Origin: the human T2T-CHM13v2.0 reference genome, Homo sapiens
DNA length: 64,000 nt
Assembly: GCF_009914755.1 (NCBI RefSeq)
Contig: NC_060930.1
Direction: 5' to 3' (one strand)
Shown here one piece after another: positions 14,101 through 28,514 of the stretch (within the stretch, counting starts at the first letter, position 1; every line of letters starts with the position of its first letter). The notes beneath the pieces are model-generated. The model was not told the DNA's origin. It saw nothing but the letters and a program-made list of their open reading frames with translations, and ran no database searches. The position numbers and the translations under genes were made by a program.

Positions 14101-15390
14101 GAGATATGGGAGAAATCATGGTCTAGCTCCTTTCTAACTCAGTGCCTTAATTTCTCGTTTTACTTCTAGGATAAAGTTTAAAATCTCTAACTTGACGCTG
14201 AAAGTTCTCTACAATCCCCCTACATGCAGTAGGTACTCGATACATACCAGTTGATTCAACAACTGAAACAAACACACAAAAATAACTTTCTCTATCTAAC
14301 ATATCAATATTTTTCTGATTACAGGTTTGGCTTACTACTTTGCCTTTGTGAAAGAAGAGAAATAGCTTGCAACTTATTCAAAGAATAAGATAAGTGCAAA
14401 CATTTTTCTGATAACGTGCTAATCTCAAACACATTTTCTCTCCTGATACAGGGCTACAGTGTGTTCATCTGATTATCACCAACAATCATTCCTAATCATT
14501 CCTATCTTACTCTGGGTTAGGGTCTCTGTCCTCTCCTTCACCCTTAAGGCTATTAGTCTTCACGATAAAAAATTTCTAGGTAGAGATAGATGCTTGGGGT
14601 TCTAAAAGAGCAAGTGGTAATCCTCACATACGATGACACATTCCAGCCTCTAAAGCAGTCTGCATTACAGGATCATTATTATTTTTTCCAGCAAAGAAGC
14701 CACAATTCAGGAATCTATGCAAAAATAATTAAGTGAAGGTTGCTCCATCAAGTTTCCATCAATCACTCCTCCTTGCCATTCTGCCCTTCCTGAGATGACA
14801 ACATGTCAGCTGCTTTGAACAAGATCTACATCGCGTTCTCTGCATTGCACTTGCTGCTGCTTTGTAGTCTGCTGGGTAGTGGTGACAGCGCGTTAACCAT
14901 AAAAAAATGGGGAGTTCAGGACTGGAGGGGGCTGAGAACATTTTAACATATTTGCAAAGGCACAAGATTGTAAGAATAGTTATGCTGAGAACTTAAACTT
15001 TTGCTTTCAGATCAGACTGAACTCTTAACACTTTTACATGAAAGAAATGCAAGGAGAAACCTATGATAAAACCAATACATTAACATATGTGGATATCGTG
15101 TGCCTCTAGAAAGTCAGGAGAGCAAATGTGGGAGCTCCTTGAGTTATTCTGATCTGCTGCACAAGGCCACCAGGGCTGGGTCTCTGACACTGATAACAGG
15201 TCTCTGGTGAAGGACCTTGTGTAAAGAGTATAATGGTAACAAAAATAAAAGAAATGAAGAAACGCATATTAGGACTAAAAGATGTACATAGAGAGAAATG
15301 AGCGTAACTCCTTGGGCTCATAGGCTGAATGCCTCTGAACATGAACAGGATGTTACTCCTTCAAATCACTTTTTAAAAATATTTTGATTA

Positions 15391-15515
15391 TTTTTAAAGG
15401 AGACGGGGTTTCACTATGTTGCCCAGGCTGGTCTCAAACTCCTGGGCTCAAGCAATCTGCCTGCCTCAGCCTCCCAAAGTGCTAGGATTACAGGCGTGAA
15501 CTACCGTGCCCAGCC
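15391..15515 (-). mobile_element. Alu left monomer (FLAM_C-like)
   Basis: gagacggggtttcactatgttgcccaggctggtctcaaactcctgggctcaagc...ccgtgcccagcc. Confidence 0.88.
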
Positions 15516-16029
15516 TCCCCTATATCATTTTTACTCCCAGGGCTACTATTTCTTTGAGGACAAGGACTGTGTCTTAGTCATTGTAGTATGATGCGTCTAA
15601 TAGTACCTGACACATAGCAGATGCTTAGTGCATGTTAGCTTGTTAAATACATGCATCTGGCACAAGGGATCAAGCAAATCTCTGAATGACAGATTGACTA
15701 GGAAGAGCGGGAGATCAATGACTCAATGGTGGTCACGGATCAGCACTCTCAACTAACCATGAGAACCCGGATGAAGTAGAAGCTAGGTTAAGCTGATCTT
15801 TTCCCCTCCTCATTAAATTGCCATTGCTCCCTATAGGGTCATCAGAAAGCCTGGATATGGCCCCTGTGGAGGCACCACATATCTCTGAATGCTGAGTAAA
15901 ACAGATAATGTAGAGAGACATGAACTTCTTCACTGAAAGTTCACTGTGGAAGACCTCTCCATCAGCCACTGAGAGGGAGGTGGTGCCCTGCTACTTGGGT
16001 ACAGAAGTCAAACTCAGACTATGCTTGCT

Positions 16030-16230
16030 CGTGATTCTCAAACAAGGCAGGGGTTACCCTCCCAGGGACATCTGAAAAGGAGTGGGGCCATTCTGAATCC
16101 TTAAAACAACTTGGAAACATTGTTGGGATGAGTAGGTAGGGATGAACCGGGAGTGCTTGTTGTGTTGTCATGAGCGGGAGAGCTCTGCATAGCAGAGGGC
16201 CGTCCTGCCTGCTTCGTTATGAAACACTGC
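16030..16230 (+). mobile_element. Diverged MER20-like hAT element
   Basis: gtgattctcaaac...cccagggacatctg...acaacttgg resembles the MER20 left end. Confidence 0.35.
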
Positions 16231-16374
16231 AACTTTAACGAAACACTCTCTAGAACAGATAGCATTGTCTTAGGGTTCTTCTGTATTTAATTCTTCCTTC
16301 CACATAAAATATCGAATCAGGCTATCAGATATCTCCTGTCAAAAATATAATACCTGAGGATATCTGCAATAATT

Positions 16375-16610
16375 TTAATAGTTACCATTGACCAAACATC
16401 CACTACATGCCAGGTAGTGTACAATACACAACTAAATCTTAACAACAACAACAATGAATTTAGTGGATACTTTTTAAAACTCCCAATTGCATAAACTCAG
16501 CCAGAGAGGAAAAAAGCAACTAATCTAAGCAACTTACCAGTCAGTGGAGGAGCCAAGATGTGAATCCAGGTTCCTCCGACCCCAAGTCCATAGATGTGAT
16601 CATTAAACGA
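16375..16610 (-). mobile_element. MIR SINE
   Basis: tactacatgccagg...aatcttaacaacaac...agtggaggagccaagatgtgaatccagg. Confidence 0.55.
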
Positions 16611-16853
16611 CAATCTTGGTTTTCATGATGGCCAATAACCCAAAGCCTACTATGCACAGGGGAGTGTGAAGATCCCGAGAAGCCGGGGCAGAGCCTTGAC
16701 CACTGACAGTCTCTTAACCAAAGAATCTGCAGTCACGGTGAAAGGGGCTGCAGGTCCCATGCAATGCTGTCAGCTGCAGGCCTGGGAAGAGTTCCATCAG
16801 CAGTAATGATGAACAGCTTATTATGTGTATCTATCTCACTGCCTTCTTGACAG

Positions 16854-17024
16854 GATCTCTGCTACCAAAATACAGAACTTTCCTGAGAGTGATTCTTCAC
16901 ATAAAAACACATGAAATTCCTCAAAAAAACTGAGGATCAAGTGGTGGTTTCTCTGAGTAGCACTAGATTGTCTGCTTCCATCAGACATATGGACTCTCCT
17001 AAGACCCGGGAAGACCACAGGCAG
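16854..17024 (+). other. Candidate 171-nt non-coding exon (lncRNA exon or pseudo-exon)
   Basis: Acceptor ctcactgccttcttgacag|GATC and donor CAG|gtatgc. Stop codons in all three frames. Confidence 0.3.
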
Positions 17025-17585
17025 GTATGCTTTTGAAATAAGGATGCAGGAGAAATTCTGCTACGTCAAATAAAGTGTATTAGATTAGGTCTAGTATTTA
17101 TCTTCTAAAGGAAGTCTGCTGTCCTCACAGTTGGGAACTTCACATGTGATTTCTATCAGCATTTTATGGACCATATCAGAAAGCTGGCATGATTCAATAA
17201 GATTCAGAAAAGATGAGACCCCAGGAGGTCATGAGTGCTAACCACAGCCCAGCTAGTGGAATGCTATGTGACCTTTAGTGACTTGTTTTAACATTCTCAT
17301 GCCTCTGCTCATGGGTTACTGAACTTTTCTAATCCAAGGGTCTCTGCATCCTACAGTCTGTAAAGCTAATTCATAGGCTTGCTGCAAAGATAAATACTGC
17401 TTTAGATTCAAGTAAGCTCTGGATATGACTGTAAGAAATATATAATTATCATTATTTAAAAAAAATAGAACAAGAGACTTTCTATTTTACTTTGTTTATA
17501 CTGCCCTCCTGACCAATGCTGTCTTCATTTACTTAATTACCATCCATCATCCTTGTCTTTTCCTGAGCACTATGTGCCTAAATTA

Positions 17586-17963
<378 letters not shown>

Positions 17964-18193
17964 TTATGCAGTTCTAAAAGAAAGCAACAGATATTGCATT
18001 TACTGTAGACCCACTTCCCAATTTCATTTGACTTCCTTTTGCCTTGAGAGTCCTTAATTTTCTTGTCTTCTTTAGGCTGTAAGACTACTGAATGAATGAA
18101 GGGGAGGCAGCAGTAGTCTTGGTTTCTGAACTTATCGACAATCCTTTCACTACAAGAACTACGCAGCAGATAAAAAGCGAGCATGTGACACAC

Positions 18194-18211
18194 CTTCTGC
18201 TCATTTTCCTT
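18194..18211 (-). CDS. Candidate 18-nt microexon AAGGAAAATGAGCAGAAG (KENEQK in phase 0, or xRKMSRx)
   Basis: Minus strand reads ccattaacccttttcaattttgcttctatgttttcttttcctccag|AAGGAAAATGAGCAGAAG|gtgtgt: branch-point-like TTAAC, long pyrimidine tract, 50-nt AG-free zone, length divisible by 3. No transcript evidence available. Confidence 0.3.
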
Positions 18212-19222
18212 CTGGAGGAAAAGAAAACATAGAAGCAAAATTGAAAAGGGTTAATGGAAAGCACTAACTAAACATTCAGGTGTACCCTGACTCACATAGG
18301 CACTGCAATCGTTCTATTTCAAATAAGTGGGACCAGCCCACAGGGCTCACAGGTTCATTGCACACAACTAAATGCTTAACCTGTTCCTTCCAACAGCAGG
18401 TGTCATGTGCAATGACATGACTAGCCCAGGATCAGTATTAAGAGTCCTGTGTACGTTCACCTTTTGTAAATCCTCTCACTGACTCACTGCACCAAGCTAT
18501 GTTCTTGCTATTCATTTCCCAAAATTAGATTTCCTTACTGCAAGAAATACATACAGATTATTAATAGGCCTACTCCTTATTTTAAATATAAGGATAGTGA
18601 AGCTTGTTCAAGGTGACATAAAAAGTATCTGTAATGTCTGGCTAACACGAGCTTCCCAGGCTTTAAGTTAGCAGCTGGTCCCAAACTACAGACTCAAGTC
18701 CACCCTACTGCTACTAGTACTCTAACTGTGAGATCCTTGACCCATAGCTCTGTACTTGTTTTACTTCCCAAGAACTTCTGGCAATGGTAATTCTCACCTC
18801 TGAATGCTGATGTTTTTTCATTGCCATGTTTTCAGTATCTGTTGTCCTATCACCTTCCTGGCTAATCTTTATTACCCTCCATGCCCTGCATCTTGGGCCC
18901 CACTGAGAGCTTTGCTGGGAGTATGCATGCAAGCATCTTTCTCTCATACACTGCACTGCCTTTGGGATGCCTGAGTTCATACTATTTCCATAACTGCCCA
19001 TCCCTGAAATAGATGAACAGTGGCCTTCTCTCTAGTTTAGAACTTGGGTTGTTAGACTCCTTGGGTCTATCTTAGCTTCTCTCCCTGTTTTCAGTTTGGA
19101 TTTTCTACCTCCATTTGGCTTATCTATCTCTAGCGTCATATCTCCCTGATGATCCGTGGTAGTGGCGTTAATCCATTTACGAAAAACAAGACAACATAGA
19201 TTCAAGGAGTCAAATAAACACA

Positions 19223-19223
<1 letters not shown>

Positions 19224-19254
<31 letters not shown>
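19224..19254. repeat. (CA)15 microsatellite
   Basis: Uninterrupted CA dinucleotide run. Confidence 0.97.
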
Positions 19255-19257
<3 letters not shown>

Positions 19258-19425
19258 TGCACACAAGCAATGAAGATGGAACAGCAGAGAGTACACCAGA
19301 CAAGAAGCCGTAAGTGTCGGTTCTAGTTCCAATTCCTCTCCACTGCAGCATCTCAGATGTAAACTGGCGTCAGTAACAGGTCCTGTCATCCACCTCCCAG
19401 GAAAATTGTCAAAGATAATAGTTAT

Positions 19426-19731
<306 letters not shown>

Positions 19732-19879
19732 TTATGAAGGTCTTCTGAAAACAAGAAAACACTATTCAGATGAAAACTATTATATTTATAGATTACTATT
19801 TTTTTTTAAAAAAAAGAAGCTCTTCTTTGAATTACCTATAATGCAACAGCAGCACCATCAAAATTGTGCACAATTCAAT

Positions 19880-20058
19880 CAGAGGTTCTCAAACATGGCT
19901 GCCCATCAGAATCACCATTGTGCCTTTTAGGAAACACAGATTCTCAGACATTTGCAGTCTCTAATGGCCCTGGATTTTCTGGGCCAGTGCACAGGTAATG
20001 GTATTTTTTAAAAACATTTCCCCCAAGGGATTCTGATCAGTTAGGTTTGGGATCCACT
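19880..20058. mobile_element. MER5-type (MER5B-like) hAT MITE
   Basis: cagaggttctcaaacatggctgcccatcagaatcacc...gattctgatcagttaggtttgggatccact. Confidence 0.6.
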
Positions 20059-21047
20059 TTCTAAAAATAACATGTTTCTCTGTGACGGAGGAAATTTAAG
20101 TATAACTATGATTCATGAATTTGTTATCTGTTTTTTTCTTCAGAGGATATCAGTTTAAGTGTTGGTTTTTAAACTGTAACTCTGAAGGCAAACAACTGGC
20201 AAGAGAGAGTTTTCAGGAAGAATGCTGGCTCTGGAAGGCAGCAGAAGGTTCTGGAAAAGCAATGTGTCCTATGAACTAGACTTTTCACCTGTAAGCATGG
20301 CAGGAAGAGGCTGTGCAAGGTGGTGGATGACTACAGGGCTTTGTTGTGGACTCCAGGCCTCTAATCCCTTTCAGTCTTTTTATTTCTCTGCCCTCAAAGC
20401 CCAGCAGCCTGGAGGGGAGAAGGCAGTGCCCTTGACTGCAGCCTGATGTTTCCTCCTGGCTTCTGGTGGCCTACGGTCTCCTTTACTGTAGGTTTCTGGA
20501 GCAAAAATCCAGCAGTCAGGTTACCAGGATCAGTGACAACTATGCAATAATTAGGGGCAGGCACCAGGAGGCAGAGAAACAGAGCTGGGTGGCAGAAACT
20601 CTATGATACCCCAAAGGAAACATCAACTCTTCTCAGAGGTGGTCAAGAACATGCCAGAAGCTTTGCCTGCCTGGTTGGCAGCAGAAATGGCACTAGCCAG
20701 TGATCACTCGTAACCTTGCTGCCTTCTTTACAGATGGCTGCTGTCAGGCTGTTTAATTTGGAGGAAATTCCAATGTCATCAGCAGAGACATGGCATTGGG
20801 GAGGGCTGCCAAGCACAAAGACAGAACTTGGCTTCCCCAGCTGATACCCATGGATACAGAAACAGGCTAGTCTTAACAATCTTTTAGACCTGACCTTAGT
20901 AGCAAACTGGATAACTGCCAGTCATAAAAGTGTTTCTAAAGTGGCCTGATTTTCTCCCCTCCTGTTAGGATCCTGGATGCTTGTAATGCTATTTATCAAT
21001 GGTTATTTTGTGCTTACTGATGTGCAGACATTTTTTCCAACCCATTC

Positions 21048-21521
<474 letters not shown>

Positions 21522-21774
21522 CTCATAAGAGGTCACATGGCTCCCCTTAATGTAAACACACCAAAATGAAGTAAGAACCATTTTCTTTTAAGAAGTTTCA
21601 AGACCTTCAGACATTTTATTCGAGTAAATTCATAAGCAAAACACAAGCACATATTGACTTTTTTGCTTAATAAATATGATTTTCTCAGACCCACTAACAG
21701 ATCACATGTTTCACCCACACAAAATAGTGTATGACTTACGAATGATCACAGAGAAGAATCACAGTGGCTTTTTA

Positions 21775-22079
21775 AATTTTTAATTTATTTTTATTTTATT
21801 GTATATATTTATTTTTTTTAGAGACAGGGTCTTTCTGGGTTACATCCATAGCTCACTGCAGCCTCAAACTCCTGGGCTCAAGCAATCCTCCCACATCAGC
21901 CTCCTGAGTAGCTAAGACTACAGAGATGTACAACCATACCCGGCTAATTTTTAAATTTTTTTGTAGAGAGGAGTTTTGCTTTTTTGCCCAGGCCGCTCTT
22001 GAATTCCTGACCTCAAGTGATCTTCCTACCTTGGCCTTCCAAAGTGTTGGAATTGTAGGTGTGAACCATCATGATGGTT
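21775..22079 (-). mobile_element. AluJ-type SINE with an internal deletion
   Basis: atagctcactgcagcctcaaactcctgggctcaagc and left-arm ccttccaaagtgttggaatt. Confidence 0.88.
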
Positions 22080-22281
22080 CATAGTGAGTTGTTTAGTTTA
22101 AAATATGTGACTCTATCTCTACATTATTTGCCTACAAATATGTCTACCAAATTCATGACATATGACCAGTGTGTCTGAATACATACCAGTGTTTATGGCA
22201 CTGACGTTTTAAGTCCTGTTCGGAAACACAAAATGCACTACTTAGCTTCCATATGTGACTAATTTTAAAATATGCTTTTTA

Positions 22282-22407
22282 GGCCAGACGCAGTGGCTCA
22301 CACCTGTAATCCCAGCACTTTGGGAGGCCAAGGTGGGAGGATCACGAGGTCAGGAGTTCAAGACCAGTCTGGCCAACACAGTGAAATCTTGTCTGTATTA
22401 CAATAAA
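22282..22407 (+). mobile_element. AluS left arm only (3'-truncated)
   Basis: ggccagacgcagtggctcacacctgtaatcccagcactttgggagg...gatcacgaggtcaggagttcaagacc. Confidence 0.9.
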
Positions 22408-22949
22408 GTGTAATACCTTTTCAACATGGGATTCTAACATGGAATCACCTTTTTTTTTTTTTTTTTGTAATTCGTGCCTCCCTCCCCTAGTTTTAACCTA
22501 TGCTTGGTCCAAATATCATGGGTCTATGTTTCTGTGGTCTAAGACACTTCTTTAAGATAAGCCCGATGCCTAACACACATCTAGGAGTAAGTTAACAATT
22601 CTGAAATACTGGTTTCTTTGGCTTTTAGACCTGTTGATTGTTTTGGTTATAAAGGTCTGCCTTTAACATTTTTCCTTCTGTGTTCCTAACTAGGCCTCTG
22701 AGTCTCCACTGTCAAAATGTGGCTGATCAGACTTTAGGCAACCCTCACCTCAACCTGTGATTATGGAAGGAAGTACAGGACATCTTAACACTCCTTCCCG
22801 GTCACGTGCATCATGAATGAGCTAAAATTTCAATCTTTTGTTCTCCACCGGCCATTTTTTCCCGAACCCTTAAGGATAGATAGCCAGAAAAATAAATAAA
22901 TAAATCTCTTCTTGGGAATATTTTCTAGAATGTTTTCATTTTAAAATTT

Positions 22950-23134
22950 AATTTCATTTTATTCCATTGTTAATTGACATCTGATAATTTCTTATATTTA
23001 TGGGCTAGAGTATGATGTTTCAATACATGTATATATTGTGTAATGATCAATTCACGGTAATTAGCATATTTTTCACTTCAAACCTTTATCAGTTCTTTGT
23101 TATGAGAACATTCAAATTCCTCTTGTCTAGTTTT
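22950..23134 (-). mobile_element. Old L1 (L1MA-type) 3' end fragment
   Basis: taattgaca...tatatttatggg...tgatgtttcaatacatgtatatattgtgtaatgatcaa...gagaacattcaaattcctct. Confidence 0.75.
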
Positions 23135-23580
23135 CTGCAGTCTTCTCTTAAGGACCAAAGAAGAAAATAAAAGACCCTATAAAATTCAGCTCTGTTTAAG
23201 TCCTATCTTTTAAGTAACTAAAAAGTTGAATACTAGCTCCAATAACTAGATCCATAAACCATTTTTCAATACTAATTTTCTTAGCCAAAGAGATATGCAG
23301 TAGAGAATGTGAGACCAAGAGTAGACAGCCAGTCCAAAGTCCACAGAAATAAAAATCCATTTATGACTGCATTTTCCACGCTGGCTTTCCAGGATGGTCC
23401 TGAACTTGCTAATTCATGGTATAACTTTGTACTGTAACACAGCCAAGGAGAAACAGTAGCATGTTGGAGCCAGGTCTGTGAGAGCTAACAGTTAAGCTTG
23501 ACAGCCAAGCGTTCAACATAGCCAATGTTAAAAATTAACTTATATAAACTTATGGTTTAATAAATTATATTAAAAACTCC

Positions 23581-23855
<275 letters not shown>

Positions 23856-24280
23856 TCATCATCATCCCTCATTTTACTCTATTTTACTATTATCTGTATG
23901 ACTGAGGTTAATTACATCTACTTGTATAGTGGATATAAAGTCATGCACCACATAACAACATTTGGGTCAGCCGCGGATTGCATATGTGACAGCGGTCACA
24001 TAAGATTATAATGGAGCTGAAAATTTTCTACTGCCTACTGATGCTGTAGCTGTCCAATGTAATAGTGTAATACATTACTCATATGTTTGTGGTGATGCTG
24101 GTATATATAAACGTCCTGCAGTGCCAGTCCTATAAAAGTATAGCACATGCAATTACGCACAGTACATAATAGTTGATAGTGAAAATAAATGACTATGTTA
24201 CTGGTTTGTGTATTTACGATACTATACTTTTTATTGTTATTTGAGAGTGGACTCTTTCTACCTATAAGAAATTAACTGTA

Positions 24281-24588
<308 letters not shown>

Positions 24589-24841
24589 TTAACTGTAAAC
24601 AGCCTCAGGCAGGTCCCTCTGGAGGTGTTCAAGAAGAAGGCATTGTTATCATCGCAGATGATGGCTCCATTCATGGTATTGCCTCTGAAGACCTTACAGA
24701 TGGAAAAGATAAGGAGGTAGAAGACAGTGATACTGACCATCATGACCCTGTGTGGGGCTAGGCTAATGTATGTGTTTGTGTCTTAGTTTTTAACAGAAAA
24801 CTTAAAAAAAAAAAACTTTTTTTAATAAGAAAAAGCTTATA

Positions 24842-24966
24842 AACTGGATGTGGTGGTGTACACCTGTAATCCCAGCATTTTGGGAGGCTGAGGCAGGAGG
24901 ATGGCTTGAGCCCGGGTGCGCGAAACCAGCCTGGGCAACATAGTGAGACTTAGTTTCTACAAAAAC
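24842..24966 (+). mobile_element. FLAM_C-like Alu monomer nested in Tigger3b
   Basis: Monomer ending tttctacaaaaa. TSD aagcttata (24833-24841, 24967-24975). Confidence 0.85.
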
Positions 24967-25639
24967 AAGCTTATAGAATAAAGATATAAAGAAAGAAAAT
25001 ATTCTTGTACAGCTGTAAAATGTGTTTGTATTTTAAACTGAGTGCTATTATGAAAGTTATCAAAAAGTTTTTAAAAATTAAAAAGTTTATAAAGTAAAAA
25101 AGTAAGCTGAGCGTGGTTAATTTATTATCAAAGAAAGAACAATTTAAAAAACAAACTTAGTGTAGCCTAAGTGTACAGTCCTTATAAAGTCTACAGTGGG
25201 GTACAGTGATACAGTGATGTCCTAGGCCTTCACATTCACTCACCACCCACTCACTGACTCACCCAGAGCAACTTCCAGTCCTGCAAGCTCCATTCATGGT
25301 AAGTGCCCTATATAGGTGTGCCCTTTTAAAATCTTTTCTACTTCATTTTTACTGTACCTATTCTATGTCTAGATGCACAAAAACTATGTTTAGGAACATT
25401 GTGTTACAAGTGCCTACAGTATTCAGTACAGTAAGGTGCTGAGTGCTGTAGGCAATCGTAACCCTATGTCCAAGTTTGTATCCTAGGAGCAACAGGCTGC
25501 ATTATATAGCTTAGATGTGTAGCAGGCTGTACCATCTAGGCTTGGGTGAACACACTTTATGATATTTGCAGAAGGACGATGTAAGGATGCATTTCTCAGA
25601 ATGCATTCCCATTATTAAGTGATGCACGACTGTCCTATA

Positions 25640-26124
25640 TGGTGGTGTGCTACTGTGCATCTCTTTACAATCTCATGGTTGGTAATGTCACATTGGTAGT
25701 TTGAAATTAGTCACAGTGAGAGTATTTATATTACAGAAATCAGTAAATGCTACAAATCAAACGTCCTGTTATTCCCGAGCCAGTAGCTAAACTTTTTGTT
25801 TTGTTTTTTGTTTTTTTGTTTTTTGTTTTTTTGAGATGAAGTCTCGTTCTGTCATCCAGGCTGGAGTGCAATGGCACGATCTTGGCTCACTGCAACCTCC
25901 ACCTCCAAGTGATTCTCCTGCTTCAGCCTCCCGAGTAGCTGGAATTACAGGTGCCCACCACCATGCCCGGCTAGTATTTATATTTTTAGTAGAGATGGGG
26001 TTTCACTATGTTGGCCAGGCTGGTCTCAAACTCCTGACCTCAGGTGATCTGCCTGCCTCAGCCTCTCAAAGTGCCACTGTGCCCGGCCGCCAGTAGTAGC
26101 TAAACTTTTATCAGCACACTGCTG
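25640..26124. mobile_element. MER63-type hAT-Blackjack element interrupted by an Alu
   Basis: ggtggtgtgct...aaatcagtaaatgctacaaatca...taaacttttatcagcacactgctg. Confidence 0.65.
25797..26088 (-). mobile_element. AluSx-like SINE with two small internal deletions
   Basis: Reverse-complement dimer. TSD gccagtag(tag)ctaaactttt. Confidence 0.93.
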
Positions 26125-26429
26125 GTATCCATTCCAACTTTTTCTTAAGTGAAATAGAACTAGGGGAGAACAGTAGGAATAGTCAACTTTCCATGATTAC
26201 ATGTGCAGGTACATACCACCAAGCCATATGCCACCAAATCATTGCTGTCCAGAGTTTCCAACTAATCTATTGCTGATTTACTCCCTCTGTTTATCTGCTA
26301 CTGAAATCAGTCTGACTCAGAAATGTAATTGTATGTGTGTTGGCAAGAACTCACACAAGAATACTATCTTCAAGAACAAAAACGCCACTGGATATTTGTA
26401 TCATCCTTCACCACGGCCACAGAATTTGA

Positions 26430-26595
26430 TGGATTACCTCATTAACTCCTCGCAACCATTGCTATGTTGAGTTTCATTGTCCCTGTTTGACAGGTGAGAT
26501 TAGGTGATCTGTCCAAGGCCACATATCTAGTAAGTTGCATAGACAGGACTCAAATCCAGAAATCCAAATCTTGTATTCTTTAGACTTTACCACAG
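26430..26595 (-). mobile_element. MIR SINE
   Basis: taactcctcgcaacc...gacaggtgag...ctgtccaaggccacatatctagtaagt...ggactcaaatccag. Confidence 0.6.
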
Positions 26596-26994
26596 GTTAT
26601 TGCTTTTATGCCAATCTGTCATGAAAATGGGACTTTTTTTTCAAAAGGTCAACATCTGGGCTCACTTCTCTCCTTCCTTTAGTTAGCAACGCAGCCAACT
26701 TTGAGGCACCCACATCTACGTTTACAAATACGAACTCCACCATCTAAGCTCCCTTCCTGCCCAAAGGCAGAAATTACATCCCCACTGCTGCAACGTCTTA
26801 GATAAATCAAATGCAAACACACTTCCACCTGAATTCCTAAAGATGTCCTAGGCAGGTGGGCATCATTAGGAAGTGTTTTATACTTTGTGTCTAAGTTATT
26901 CAAACCCAAAGAGAAGCCTAAGGCATCTAATTTAAATTCAAATAGAAGTAATCGTGAATAAAGAATCCAAGTTCTTGCACTTAATGGTGAAAAT

Positions 26995-27168
26995 AATATA
27001 TATGTATATGTGTATAGAGTTTATTTTACACACACACACATTTCATGAGGGGGAAAACAAACTATATACATACACATATACACGTATATATATGAACATG
27101 TGTGCACTCTCTATATACACATACATATGCACAAATACGTGTGTTTTGTGAGTGTGTATGTGTGTGTC
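26995..27168. repeat. Degenerate (TA)/(CA)/(TG) low-complexity tract
   Basis: Mixed alternating purine-pyrimidine repeats. Confidence 0.8.
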
Positions 27169-28164
27169 TAGTTTGTTTTTCGCCTCCTCCAGGAGTTATA
27201 CAGCAAAAAAGAAGAAAAAAATCCCTGCCCTTTATCAGATATGTACACATTTTATCCTTGCAATATGTCTAAAATGATTTTATGACTAAATCCTGGGAAA
27301 AATGTGAAGAATGCTTGGCTAGATGGCAAGCTTTTCCAGTAAAAACACAACACTGCTTATGAATTGTAGCACTTGGAGAAGACTTTTCAACATGATGTAC
27401 ATTTTTGCTCTAGCTTGAGACTAAATCCTGTTTGGAGGTAGGTTTTCTTTGGCTTTCAGAAAAAGTTGAACCGATTGTACAACATGGGTCTTTGGGCCCT
27501 CCAACGTGGACTCACCATGAGAGGACGATCGTGTGCTATTCCATTAAACATGCCTCCGTCTCACGACTCCAGCCAGGGTTAAAACCTTCAGATGTTTTCT
27601 CAACACATTAAGCAGAACTAACCATCACAAAGGCAAAAACTAAACCCATCTGTCCCCTTGTCAGGATTTTTGAGATTGTCAATGGACTGACCTTGTGGCT
27701 GGAAAACATTTTGGAGGCCGTGTAACAAAAGTTAAATGTGGCAGTGAATGCACAGAGAAATTCTTAGAGGTCACTAGTGAATTACTAACACCATTACCCT
27801 GGCAAGAGATGATGGAGTTTCCATTTTATCTCAGAGGTTTGGTGGGTGTATGGTGATGACTTAAAATGACGTTAGGCTACGTAGCCAACACTTTCTTGGA
27901 AAGGACTTTCCCTGCTGTTCTATTAAAACTGTCAGCAAATAGGGCCAAGGCGCTCACTGGTCTATGCCGAGGACACCTTAAAGTAATCAGGCCGTCAAAT
28001 AAAGGCAAACACTTTCTCAACATTTCTAAAGACGGAAATAGCGAAAAGAGTGTTGCGTTCCAAGCATATCAGACTTAAGTCATTTCTGCCTCATGGTTCT
28101 AGAAGACAAGAGGTGGAGGTGGCAGCAAGCGGGGAGGGAAGACACATAATTCTCCTTCTAACCC

Positions 28165-28394
28165 TCTGGCTCTCAACCGGAAGCAATTTTGCTCTGCAAG
28201 GGACACCTGGAAGTGTCTGAGGACATTTTTGATTGTCACAACTGCCGGGTGCTACCAGCATCCAGCGCATAGAGGCCAGGAATGCTGCTAAATTTCTCCC
28301 AATGCACGGGACACCTCCACCCCCTCCATCTCCCTGCTTCCCCAAATAGGATGATCTGGGCCCCAAATGTCAACAGTGCTGTTGAGATTCCCTG
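28165..28394 (+). mobile_element. MER20 hAT-Charlie element
   Basis: ggctctcaaccgg...gggacacctgg...gacatttttgattgtcacaactg...agaggccaggaatgctgctaaa...ccccaaatgtcaacagtgct. Confidence 0.88.
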
Positions 28395-28514
28395 CTCTAA
28401 AGAGAAGCAGAAAAGATCAGCTGCAGCCAGAGAATTTTCCATTGACCTTCTAACTGTTGCCTGGGCTCCTGGAGGACATCCTCTGAAGATGCTTGTTTCC
28501 TTGACCTAAACGCT

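Noticed and set aside
22450-22466. Orphan T17 run (also A20 at 2689, A-runs near 37028 and 44626, T-rich run near 30790) as processed-pseudogene tails
   Set aside because: No TSD pair or mRNA-like body found; better explained as slippage-expanded homopolymers.
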